Shown here piece by piece: positions 32,122 through 47,700 of a DNA stretch of 64,000 bases. A program made the position numbers and the translations under genes. This stretch comes from the human T2T-CHM13v2.0 reference genome, Homo sapiens. Under the pieces are notes generated by a model that had not been told where the DNA came from, searched no databases, and was given only the letters and a program-made list of their open reading frames with translations. How positions within the stretch are numbered: position 1 is the first letter of the stretch; each line of letters opens with the position of its first letter. Location: NCBI RefSeq assembly GCF_009914755.1, contig NC_060939.1; one strand, given 5' to 3'.

Positions 32122-32822
32122 AGAGCGTCGGAAGGTGTTGGGAGAGCCTCAGCCGGAAATTCACAGAGGGACAAGGGCACAGAGAGGCCAGCGGGCTCCC
32201 TTGCACGTCAGCCGGGGTGCGCAATGAGCGCAGGTCTAGCCAGGAGGATGGCAAGGAGAGCTAGAGGTCTGCGTTCCGCTGGCAGGCGCTCCATGGTGGC
32301 AACTGGGAGGCTGCCGGGGTATGGGCGGGTTGGCGACGGTGGCGTGGAGGCGCAGAGGAGGCGAGCCACCAGAGGGCTGTCAGGCCTGGATGCTGCGCGG
32401 GCCCGGAGTTTCACGGGACAGGGGTCTCCTCCCAGCCAAGGGGAGGACACATTTTCCGGGGGTGGGGTTTGGGGTGGGGGTGTGGTCAAGCGGGGGTGGG
32501 GTGGTGGAAAGACATGAGAGCTCTGCACGGGCTGCTCCCACAGCCCAGGTGGCTGCCCGCAAACCCGCACCTGTGCAGTAGGCGGCCCACATGCTGGTAC
32601 CTGGTCAGGCTCTGGAATCCCCAGGATGCCCAGGAAAGAATGGCAGTTCTCTGCTGTGTGGAGCCTCTCACCGGGCCTAGACATAGAAGGCAGGAATCCT
32701 AGGCCAGTCAGCCCAGTGGAGGGGGCGGGGAGAGAGCACCCCCCTCCATAGCCATCCAGGTGTTCCCGGCGAAATAGAGGCCACCGCCCTGCCCCGACCC
32801 GATACCTTCCCAACCCTGCGTC

Positions 32823-33561
32823 CTAAATCTCCTCCATCAGAGCCCGGTATTCTTCCTCGCTGAGGGGTGCTTCCAGCGAGGCGGCCTCTTACAAGGCCTC
32901 CAGCTCCCCCGCGGCCTCCATTTCTAGGAAAGGTTGTGCCTGCTGAAGAAACTCCGGGCTCGCCAGGAGCTCATCCAGCAGCAGGATGGAGTGGAGTGCA
33001 GACGAGCACCCCGGCTCCAGGAGCGCCTGGGAGTGTGCCGAGATGCCTTGCATCTGCCCCTGCCGTGTGGAGGCATCTGGGGGCGTGGGCTGGTGAGGAG
33101 GAGTTGCCCCTGCTTGAGGTTCCACGCCACACCGGCGACCTGGGTACCCCTGCTCCACCCCCACCACGGACTTCCCTGGGACCCGGGTGGCGCAAGCACA
33201 CCTTGGCCCTGTGGCCCCGCTTGAGAGGGCCCAGGCTGTCCCACCGCGCAAGTGCCCGGAAGGCCGTCGCGCTGCGCGTCCCAGTCCTTCCGGATTTTGC
33301 CCTTGTGTGGATGCCACCAAGGAGTGTGAGTGTGGGAGAGCTCCCCTTCTGGAGGAGCCTGGGCGGTGTAGGCAAAATCCCCATGTGCTGGGGCAGGTTG
33401 GGAGATCCCCTCTGCCTGCGCGGCCTGGCTGGGCAAGAGCACAGGGACGGCCCTCAATCCATGGCTCACGAAAGCCCACTGTGGGAGAGCATGTGTGGTG
33501 CAGGAAGCCCCTTTCCCCATGCGCCAGTGTGGGCAAAGGCGACCCACGAGAGAGCAAGGTG
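32823..33561 (-). pseudogene. Decayed DUX4-like C-terminal coding remnant downstream of the DUX1/3/5-type stop
   Basis: Frameshifted pieces ([14 protein letters not shown]; QGQMQGI...[12 protein letters not shown]...LEAL*) after the TGA at codon 171. Confidence 0.85.
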
Positions 33562-34200
<639 letters not shown>

Positions 34201-34210
34201 TCAGCGGCTC

Positions 34211-34255
34211 TTATAAAGGCCCACATGTAGGCAGGCTCCACCCCTTCATGAATGG
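34211..34255 (-). promoter_or_regulatory. DUX promoter: DBE/GC box plus TATAA
   Basis: DBE 27-mer at 34229-34255; TATAA at 34211-34215, 56 bp upstream of the first ATG. Confidence 0.8.
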
Positions 34256-34867
34256 CGGTGAGCCCTGGGACAGCCCGTCCCACCCTGGAAGGTTCTAAGA
34301 GCGTCGAGGCCTGCGGCCAGGGGTTGGTGGTGTGGGGGGGAGGGCGTGGTGATGGTGGTGGTGGGGCCGAAGAGACGAAGAGGAAGGGGGCGAGGGGGAA
34401 GGGGTGAGGGGGGCGCGTTTCACAGCTGGCTCTCCAGACGTCTCCAGGAATCCCGCGGAAACTGGAAGCCGCTCTCTGAGCTCCCACGCATCTTCAGCAG
34501 GGAGAAACCGGCCTGGGAGGGTGGAGGAGAGTGTGGAACTGAACCTCCGTGGGAGTCTTGAGTGTTCCAGGCCCTCTCTCCGTGAAGGAGGCCGTGCCTG
34601 TTGGTGTCTCCGTTGCCAGGACAGTCTCACACACGCAGGCGTGTGGCTCTCGTTCATTTCCACGTAGGAGACCAGAGCGAGATCCCAGAGAGAAGATGCC
34701 TCCCCGGCGTGATGACCTGATGATGGATTCCCGTGTGCGGCAACATGGGTAGTCTGCAGTGTGGCCAGTTTGGAAACTGGCAAGGAGAGCGAAGGCACCA
34801 TGCCGGTCTTCCCCCCTGCCCTGCATGTTTCCGGGTACCCGCAGAGCTCCGGGAGCAAAGAGTCAGC

Positions 34868-37800
34868 ATGACACATCTCTGAACTGATCAACAAAGTGAT
34901 GTAACACTTGTCTAGGCTCTGCCTACATCGGCTTTGTGACATATCTCTGCACTGATCACCCAGGTAATGGGACTCTTGTCTAGGCTGTGTGTATGGGGGC
35001 TTTGTGACATATCTCTGCACTGATCACCCAGGTGATGTAACGCTTGACTAGGCTCTGCCTACGGGGCATAGTGACATATCACTGCATTGATCACCGAGGT
35101 GATGTAACTCTTGTCCAGGCTCTGCCTATAGGGGGCCTTGTGACATATCTCTGGACTGATCATCTAGGTGACGTAACTGTTGCTTATGCTCTGCCTGCAG
35201 GGACATTGTGAAATATCTCTGCACTGATCCCCTAGGTGATGGGACACCTCTCTAGGCTCTGCCTACTGGGGGCATTGTCACATATTTTTGCACTGATCAC
35301 CCAGGTGATGGACTCTTGTCTTGGATTTGCCTAGGGGGTCATTGTGACATATCACTGCACTGATCACCCAGGTGATGTAACCCTGGTTTAAGCTCTGCCT
35401 AAAGGGGCATTGTGACAGATCTCTGCACTGATCACTCAGGTGATGTAACTATTGCCTAGGCTCTGCTTAAAGAGGCCTTGTCACTTATCTCTACACTGAT
35501 CACCCAGGTGATGTAACTATTGTCTAGGATCTGCTTTCAGGGGGTATTGTGACATATCTCTGCATGGATCACCTAATTGTTGTAACACTTGTGTAGGCTC
35601 TGCCTACAGGGGCATTTTGACATATCTCTGCACTGTTAAAAGAGGTGATGTAACTCTTGTCTAGGCTGTGCACATAGGGGGATTGAGATATATCTCTGCA
35701 CTGTTCCCGAGGTGATCCAACTCTTGCCTGGTCTCTGCCTACTGGGAAAATTGTGACATATATCTGCACTGATCTCCCAGGTGCTGTAAATTTAGTCCAG
35801 GCTCTGGCTACACGGCATGGTGACATATCACTGCACTGATCACCCTGCTGATATAACTCTTCTCTAGGATCTGCCTACAGGGTACTTTGTGACATATCCC
35901 TGCAATGGTCACCCAGGTGATATACCACTTTTCAAGGCTCTGCCTACAGGGACATTGCGATGTATCTCTGCACTGACAACCTAGGTCATATAACTCTTGT
36001 CTAGGATCTGCCTACAGTGGCATTGTGACATATCTCTGCACTGATCATCTAAGTGATGTAACATTTGTCTAGGATCTGCCTAAAGGGACTTTGTGACATA
36101 ACTCTCCACTGATTATCCAGGTGATTGGGCTTTTGTCAAGGCTCTGTCTAAGGGGGCCTTGTGACATATTTCTGCACTGATCACACACGTGACGGACTCT
36201 TGTCTTGGATCTGCCTGTGGGGGCATTGTGACAAATCTCTGCACTGATCACCCAGGTGTTGTAACTGTTGTATAACCTCTGCCTACAGGGGAATTGTGAG
36301 AGATCTCGCCACTGATCACCCAAGTGATGTAACGATAGTCTAGGCTTTCCCTACAGGGTGCTTTGTGACATACCTTTGCACTGATCATCCAGCTGATGTA
36401 ACTCATCTAAGTTCTGCCTCCAGGAGCTTTGTGACATATCTCTGCACTGATCACTTATGCGATGTAACAGTTTTATAAGCACTGCCTACAGGGAATTTTG
36501 ACAAATCTCTGCACTGATCACCTAGGTGATGTAACTCTTGTCTACCCACTGAGCAAAGGGGTCATTGTGAAATATCTCTGCACTGAACACCCACGTGATT
36601 CAACTCTTGTCTGGGATCTGCCTACAGGGGGTATTGTGAAATATATCTGCACTGATCAACTAGGTGATGTAACGCTTGTCTAGGCTCTGCCCTCAGGGGT
36701 ATTTTCACATATCCCTGAACTGATGACAAAGGTGATGTAACACTTGCCTAGGCTTTGCCTACAGGGGCATTGTGACATACCTCTGCACTGATCACTCAGG
36801 TGATGCAACTCTTCTCTATGTTCTGCCTACAGGGGGCATTGTGACATATCTCTGCACTGATCACCCAGGTGATGTAACTCTTCTCTAGTCTCTGCCTACA
36901 GAAGGCGTTGTGACATCACTCTGCACGGATCACCCGTGTTATGTAACTCTTGTCTAGGCTCTGCCTACCGGGGCATTGTGACTTATCTCTGCACTGATCA
37001 CCCAGGAGATGTGACTCTTTTCTAAGCTATGCCTAGAGGGACATTGGGACATATCTCTTCACTGATCGCTGACGTGATGTAAAACTTGTCTTGGCTTTGC
37101 CTACAGTGGGATTTATGACATATCTCTGCACTGATCACCCAGGTGATGTAACTCTTGTCTAGGCTCTGCTTACAGGGCGTATTGTGAGATATCTCTGCAC
37201 TGATCACCCAGTTTATGTAACTCTTCTCTAGGCTCTGCCTATAGGGGCATTTTCACATATCACTGCACTGATCAACGAGATTATGTAACTTTTGTATAGG
37301 CTTTGCTGACAGGGGGCATTGAGACATATCTCTGCACTGATCACTGAGGTGATGCAACTCTTCTCTGGGATCTGCTTACAGGGGGCATTGTGACATATCT
37401 CTTCCTTGATCATCCAGGTGATGTAACTCTTGTCTAGGCTCAGCCTACTCGAGGAATTGTGAGATATCTCCGCACTGATCACCCAGGTGATGTCACTTTT
37501 TTCAAGGATATGGCTACAAGGACATTGTGACGTGTCACTGCACTGATCACACAGCTGATGTAACACTTGTCTGGGCTCTGGCTACAGAGGGCTTGTGACA
37601 TATCTCTGCACTGATAACCCAGGTGATGTAACATTTATCCAGCCTCTGCCTACAGGGGCGTTTTGACATAGCTCTGCACAGATCACCTAGGTTATGTAAC
37701 TCCTGTCCACTCTCTGCCTACAGGGGTCATTGCAAAATATCTCTGCTCTGATCACCCAGGTGATGGGACTCTTCTCTATACTCTGCCTAGAGGGGGATTT

Positions 37801-39021
37801 GCGACATGTATCTGCACTGATCACCCAGGTGATGGAAGTCTTGTCTAGGGTCTGTCTATGGGGACATTGTGTCAAATATCTGCACTGATCACCCAGGTGA
37901 TGTAACTCTTGTCTAGGCTCTGTCTACCGGGATTTTTGTGACATATCACTGCACTGATCACCTAGGTGATGTAAGTCTTGTATTGTCTTTGCCTACAGAG
38001 TGCTTTGTGATATATCTATGCACTGATCTCTGAGGTGATGCAGCTCTTGTCTAGGCACTGCCTACAGGGGACATTGGCACATCTCTCTGCACTGATCACC
38101 CAGGTGATGGACTCTTGTCTTAGATCTGCCTACATGGTCTTTGTGACACATCTGTGAACTGATCAACCCAGTGATGAAACTCTTGTCTAGGCTCTGCCTA
38201 CAGGGGCTTTGTGACACATCTCTGCACTAATTGCCCTGGGGAGGGAACTCTTGTCTAGGCTCTGCCTACAGAAGGCTTTTTGACTTTTACCTGCACTGAT
38301 TACCTAGGTGATGTAACACTTGTGTAGACTCTGCCTACACTGGAATTCTCACATATCTCTGCACTGATCACCCGGGTGATGTAACTCCTTTCTAGGTTCA
38401 GCCTACAGGAGTGTTTTGACATATCTCTGCACTGATCACCCAGGTGATGTAACACTTGTCTAAGCTCTGCCTACATGGGCATTGTGACAGATCTCTCCAC
38501 TGCTCACCCAGGTGATGTAACAATTCTCTGGGATTTGCCTACAAGGGGCTTTGGGATATACATTTCCACTGATCAAACAGGTGATGTAACCCTTGTCAAG
38601 GTTCTGCTTACAGGGGCTTTGAGACATATCTCTGCACTGATCACCCCTGAGAGGAAACACTTGTCTACACTCTGCCTACAGAAGGCTTTACGACTTATCC
38701 CTGCACTGATCACTAGGTGATGTAACACTTGTCTAGGCTCTGTCTACACGGGAATTTTCACATATGTCTACACTGATCACCTAAGTGGTGTAATCCTTGT
38801 CTAGGTTTAGCCTACTGGGGATTTCTCACATACCTATGCACTGATCACCGAGGTGATGTAAATCATTTCCAGGCTTTTTGTACAGGGGACATTGTGATAT
38901 ATCTCTGCACTGATCACCCAAGTGATGCAAATCTTCTCTAGCCTCCGCAGGGAGGGGGCATTGTGACATATTTCTGTACTGATCATCCAGGAGATGTAAC
39001 TATTCTCCCGGCTTTGACTAA
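34868..39021 (-). repeat. Beta satellite array (~60 monomers)
   Basis: 68-bp monomers between two cassettes. Confidence 0.97.
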
Positions 39022-39725
39022 TGAGCGTTGGAAGGTGTTGGGAGAGCCTCAGCCGGAATTTCACGGACGGACAAGGGCACAGAGAGGCCAGCGGGCTCCC
39101 TTGCACGTCAGCCGGGGTGCGCAATGAGCGCAGGTCTAGCCAGGAGGCTGGCAAAGAGAGCTAGAGGACTGCGTTCCGTTGCCAGGCGCTCCATGGTGGC
39201 AGCTGGGAGGCTACAGGGGCACGGGCGGGCTGGCGATGGTGACGCAGAGGCGCAGAGGAGGTGAGCTGCCGGAAGGGTGTCATGCCTGGATGCTGCGTGG
39301 GCCCGATGTTTCACGGGACGGTGGTCTCCACCCAGGCCAGGGGAGGACGCATTTTCCGGGGGTGGGAGGTGGGGGTGGGAAGGGTGTTGTCAGGCGTGGG
39401 AGGGGTGTTGGAAAGGCATGAGAGCTCTGCCCGGGCTGCTCCCAAAGCCCAGGTGGCTGCCCGCAAACCCGCGTGTGCGCAGTAGGTGGCCCAACTGCTG
39501 GTACCTGGGCCGGCTCTGGGATCCCTGGGTTGTCCACGAAAGAATGGCAGTTCTCCGCTGTGTGGAGCCTCTCATCAGGCCTACACCTAGAAGGCAGGAA
39601 TCACAGCCCGGTCAGCCCGGTGGAGAGGGCAGTGGAACACACGCCCCTCCATAGCCAGCCAGGTGTTCCCCGCGAAAGAGAGGCCACCGCCATGCCCCGA
39701 CACGACCCCATCCCAACCCCGCGTC

Positions 39726-41749
<2,024 letters not shown>

Positions 41750-41776
41750 TCAGAGCTCCAGGAGCAAACAGTCAGC

Positions 41777-44700
41777 ATGACACATCTCTGAACTGATCAA
41801 CAAAGTGATGTAACTCTTGTCTAGGCTCTGCCTACAGGGGCTTTGTGACATATCTCTGCAGTGATCACCCAGGTGATGGGACTTTTGTCTAGGCTCTGCC
41901 TATGGGGGCATTGTGACATATCTCTACACTGATCACCCAAGTGATGCAACTCTTGTGTTGGATCTGCCTATGGGGGCATTGTGACATATTTCTGCACTGA
42001 TCACCCAGGTGATGGGACATTTGTCTAGGCTCCGTGTATGGGGGCTTTGCGACATATCTGATCACTGATCACCCAGGTGATGTAACCCTTGACTAGGCCC
42101 TCCCTACGGGGCATAGTGACATATCACTGTATTGATCACTGAGGTGATGTAACTCTTGTCCAGGCTCTCCCTATAGGGGGCCTAGTGACATATTTCTGCA
42201 CTGATCATCTAGGTGATGTAACTCCCTCTGACACTATACCTGCAGGGGCACTGTGAAATATCTCTGCACTGATCATCCAGGTGATGGGACTCTTCTCTAG
42301 GCTTTGCCTACTGTGGGCATTGTCACATATTTCTGCACTGATCACCCAGGTGACGGACTCTTGTCTTGTATTTGCCTATGGGGACATTGTGACATATCTC
42401 TGCACTGATCACCCACGTGATGTAACTCTGGTCTAAGCTCTGCCTAAAGGGGCATTGTGAGAGATCTCTGCATTGATCACTCAGGTGATGTAACTATTGT
42501 CTAGGCTCTGCTTAAAGGGGCCTTGTCACATATCTGTTAACTGATCACCCAGGTGTTGTAACCCTTGCCTAGGCTCTGCCTACAGGAGCTTTGTGACATA
42601 TCTCTGCACTGATCACTTAGGTGTTGTAACACTTTTATAAGCAGTGCCTACAGGGAATTTTGACAAATCTCTGCACTGATCACCTAGGTGATGTAATTCT
42701 TGTCTACCCTCTGCCCAAAGGGGGCATTGTGAAATGTCTCTGCTCTGATCACCCAGGTGATTCAACTCCTGTCTAGGATCTGCCTACAGGAGAATTGTGA
42801 AATATCTCTGTACTGATCAACTAGGTGATGTAACTCTTGTCAAGGCTCTGCCTACAAGGGCGTTTTCACATATCCCTGAACTGATAACAAAGGTGATGTA
42901 ACGCCTACAGGGGACATTGTGATATATCGCTGCACTGATAACCCAGGTGATGCAACTCTTCTCTATGCTCTGCCTACAGGGGACATTGTGTCATATCTCT
43001 GCACTGATCACCCAGGTGATGCAACTCTTCTCTATGCTCTGCCTACAGGGGACATTGTGACATATCTCTGCACTGATCGCTGAGATGATTTAAAACGTGT
43101 CTAGGCTTTGCCTACAGTGGGATTTATGACATTTCTCTGCACTGGTCACCGATGTGATGTAACTCCTCTCTAGGCTCTGCTTAAAGGGGCTATTGTGAGA
43201 TATCTCTGCACTGATCACCCAGGTGATGTAACTCTTGTCTAGGCTATGCCTACAGGTGCATTTTCACATATCACTGCACTGATCACCGAGATTATGTAAC
43301 TCTTGTAAAGGCTTTGCCGACAAGGGGCATTGAGACATGTCTCTGCACTGATTACCGAGGTGATGCAACTCTGGTCTGGTATCTGCCTACAGGGGGCATT
43401 GTGACATATCTTTGCCCGGAACACCCAAATGATGTAACTCTTGTCTAGGCTCTACCTACAGGAGGCATTGTGACATATCTCCGCACTGATCACCCAGGTG
43501 ATGTCATTTTATCAAGGATATGGCTACAGCGATATTGTGACATCTCACTGCACTGATCACACAGGTGATGTAACATTATCTAGGCTCTGCCTACCGTGGC
43601 GTTTTGACATAGCTCTGCACAGATCACCTAGGTTATGTAACTCTTGTCCACTCTCTGCCTACAGGGAGCATTGTGAAATATCTCTGCACGGATCACCCAG
43701 GTGATGGGACTCTTCTCTATACTCTGCCTAGAGGGGGATTTGTGACATATCTCTGCACTGATCAACCAGGTGATGGAAGTCTTGTCTAGGCTCTGTCTAT
43801 GGGGGCATTGTGTCAAATATCTGCACTGATCACCCAGGTAATGTAACTCTTTCCTAGACTCTGTCTACAGGGATTTTTGTGACATATCACTGCACTCATC
43901 AACTAGGTGATGTAAGCCTTGTATGAGCTTTGCCTACAGAAGGCTTTGTGACATATCTATGCACTGATCTCTGAGGTGATGCAACTCTTGTCTAGGCACT
44001 GCCTACATTGGACATTGGTACATATCTCTGCACTGATCACCCAGGTGATGGACTCTTGTCTTAGATCTGCCTACATGGACATAGTGACACATCTCTGAAC
44101 TGATCAACCAAGTGATGAAACTATTGTCTAGGCTCTGCCTACAAGGGCTTTGTGACACATCTCTGCACTGATCACCCTGCTGATGTAAGTCTGGTCTAAG
44201 GTCTGCCTAAAGGGGCATTGTGACAGATCTCTGCACTGATCACTCCGGTGATGTAAGTATTGTCTAAGCTCTGCTTTAAGGGGCTTTGTCACATATCTCT
44301 GCACTGATAATCCAGGTGATGTAACACTTCTCTACGTTCTGCTTACAGGGAGTATTGTGTCTTATCTCTGCACTGATCACCTAAGTGATATAACTATTGT
44401 GTAGGCTCTGCCTACAGGGACATTTTGACATATCTCTGCACTGTTAACCGAGGTAATGTAACTCTTGTCTAGGCTGTGCCCACAGGGGGATTGAGACATA
44501 TCTCTGCCCTGATCCCGAGGTGATCCAACTCTTGCCTGGTCTCTGCCTACTGGGGACATTGTGACTTATCTCTGCAATGATCTCCCAGGTGCTGTAACTA
44601 TTGCCTAGGCTCTGGCTACACGGCATTGTGACATATCACTGCACTGATCACCCTGGTGATATAACACTTGTCTAGGCTCTGCCTACAAGGGGCTTGTGAC

Positions 44701-47700
44701 ATATCCCTGCAATGATCACCTACGTGATGTACCAATTGTCAAGGCTCTGCCTACAGGGACATTGCGATGAATCTCTGCACTGATCACCTAGGTCATGGAA
44801 CCCTTGTCTAGGTTCTGCATACAGTGGCATTGTGACATATCTCTACACTGATCACCCAGGTGATGTAACTCTTTCCTAGGATCTGCCTACAGGATACTTT
44901 GTGACATATCCCTGCAATTTTCACCCAGATGATGTACCACTTTTCAAGGCTCTGGCTACAGGGACATTGCGATGTATCTCTGCACTGATCACCTAGGTCA
45001 TGTAACTCTTGTCTAGTCTATGCCTACAATGGCATTGTGACATATCTCTGCACTAATCATCCAAGTGATGTAACACTTGTCTAGGATCTGCCTAAAGGGA
45101 CTTTGTGACATAATTCTGCACTGATCATCCAGGTGAGTGGGCTTTTGTCTAGGCTCTGCCTAAGGGGTCATTATGACATATTTCTGCACTGATCACCAAG
45201 GTGACGAACTGTTGTCTTGGATCTGCCTATGGGGTCATTGTGACATATCTCTGCACTGATCACCCAGGTGATGTAACTGTTGTATAAGCTCTGCCTACAG
45301 GGGAATTGTAAGAGATCTCGCCACTCATCACCCAAGTGATGTAACCATTTTCTAGGCTTTGCCTACAGGGGGCTTTGTGACATATCTTTGCACTGATCAC
45401 CCAGGTGATGTAACTCATCTAAGTTCTGCCTACAGGAGCTTTGTGACATATCTCTGCACTGATCACTTAGGTGATGTAACACTTTTATAAGCACTGCCTA
45501 CAGGGAATTTTGACAAATCTCTGCAGTGATCACCTAGGTGATGTAACTCTTTTCTAGAATCTGCCTACAGGGTGCTTTGTGACATATCCCTCCAATGATC
45601 ATGCAGGTGATGTACCAGTTGTCAAAGCTCTGCCTACTGGGACATTGTGATGTATCTCTGCACTGATCACCTAGGTCATGTAACTCTTGTCTAGACTCTG
45701 CCTTCAGTGGCACTGTGACATATCTCTGCACAGATCAGCAAGATGATTCAACTCTTCTCTAGGATCTGCCTACAGGGGGTATTGTGAAATATCACTGCAC
45801 TGATCAACTAGGTGGTGTAACTCTTGTCTGGGCTCTGCCTACGGGGTCGTTTTTACATATCCCTGAACTGATGACAAAAGTGTTGTAACTCTTGCCTAGG
45901 ATTTGCCTACAGGGGACATTATGACATATCTCTGCACTGATCACCCAGGTGATGCAACTCTTTTCTATGCTCTGCCTACAGGGGACATTGTGACATATCT
46001 CTGCACTGATCACCCAGGTGATGCAACTCTTCTCTATGCTCTGCCTACAGGGGGCATATTGACATATCTCTGCACTGATCACCCAGGTGATGTAACTCTT
46101 TTTTAGTCTCTGCCTACAGAGGGCGTTGTGACATGACTCTGCACGGATCACCAGGGTTATGGAACTCTTGTCTATGCTCTGCCTACGGAGGCATTGTGAC
46201 TTATCTCTGCACTGATCACCCAGGAGATGTGACTCTTGTCCAAGCTCTGCCTAGAGGGACATTGGGACATATCTCTGCACTGATCGCTGAAGTGATGTAA
46301 AACTTGTCTAGACTTTGCCTACTGTGGGATTTATGACATATCTCTGCACTGATCACCCAGGTGATGTAACTATTTTTTAGGCTCTACTTACAGGGGGTAT
46401 GGTGAGATATCTCTGCACTGATCACCCAGGTGATGTAACTGTTGCCTAGGCGCTGCCTACAGGGGCATTTTAACATATCACTGAATGGATCACCGAGATG
46501 ATGTAACTCTTGTTTAGGCTTCGCCGTCACGGGGCATTGAGACATATCTCTGCACTGATCACCGAGGTGATGCAACTCTTTTCTGGGATGTGCTTACAGG
46601 GGGCATTGTGACATATCTCTGCCCTGATCCCCCAGGTTATGTCGCTTTTGTCAAGGATATGGCTACAGGGGCATGGTGACATGTCACTGCACTGATCACA
46701 CAGCTGATGTAACACTTGTCTAGGCTCTGGTTACAGGGGCCTTGTGACACATCTCTGCACTGATCACCCAGGTGATGTAACCATTGTCTAGGCTCTCCCA
46801 AATGGGGCATTGTGACATAACTCTGAACTGATCACGCAGGTGATGGGACTCTTGTCTAGGCTCTGCCTACAGGGGCATTGTGACATATCTCTGCAGTGAT
46901 CACGCAGGTGATGTAACTCTTGTCTATATCTGCCTACTGGCGGCATTGTGGCATATTTCTGCACTGATCACCCAGGTGATGGGCTCTTGTCTTGGATCTG
47001 CCTATGGGGTCATAGTGACATATCTCTGCACTGATCACTCTTGTGATGTAACGCTTGCCTAAGCTGCGCCTAAAGGGGAATTGTGACAGATATCTCCACT
47101 GATCACCCAGGTGATGTAACAATTTTCTGGTATTTGTCTAGAGGGGGCTTTGTGACATATCTTTGCACTGATCACCCAGGAGATGTATCTCTTGTTTAGA
47201 CTCTGCCTACAGGTGCTTTGTGACATATTTCTGTACTGATCACCCAGGTGATGTAACTCTTCTCTAGGCTCCGCCTACAGGGGTTATTGTGACGTATCTC
47301 TGCACTGATCACCCAGGTGATGTAGTTCTTGTCTAGGCTCCACCTAAGGGGGTATTGTGACGTATCTCTGCACTTATCACCCAGGTGATGTAACATTTAT
47401 CTAGGCTCTGCCTGCAGGGGCGTTTTGACATAGCTCTGCACTGATCACCTAGATTATGTAACTCTTGTCCACTCTCTGCCTACAGGGGGCATTGTGAAAT
47501 ATATCCGCATTGATCACCCAGGTGATGGGACTCTTCTCTATACTCTGCTTAGAGAGGCATATGTAACATATCTCTGCACTGCTCACCCAGGTGATGTAAC
47601 TCTTGTGTAGGCTCTGCTTACAGGGGAATTGTGAGATATCCCTGCACTGATCACCCAGCTGATGTAACTCTGGTCTAAGCTCTGCCTAAAGGGGCATTGT

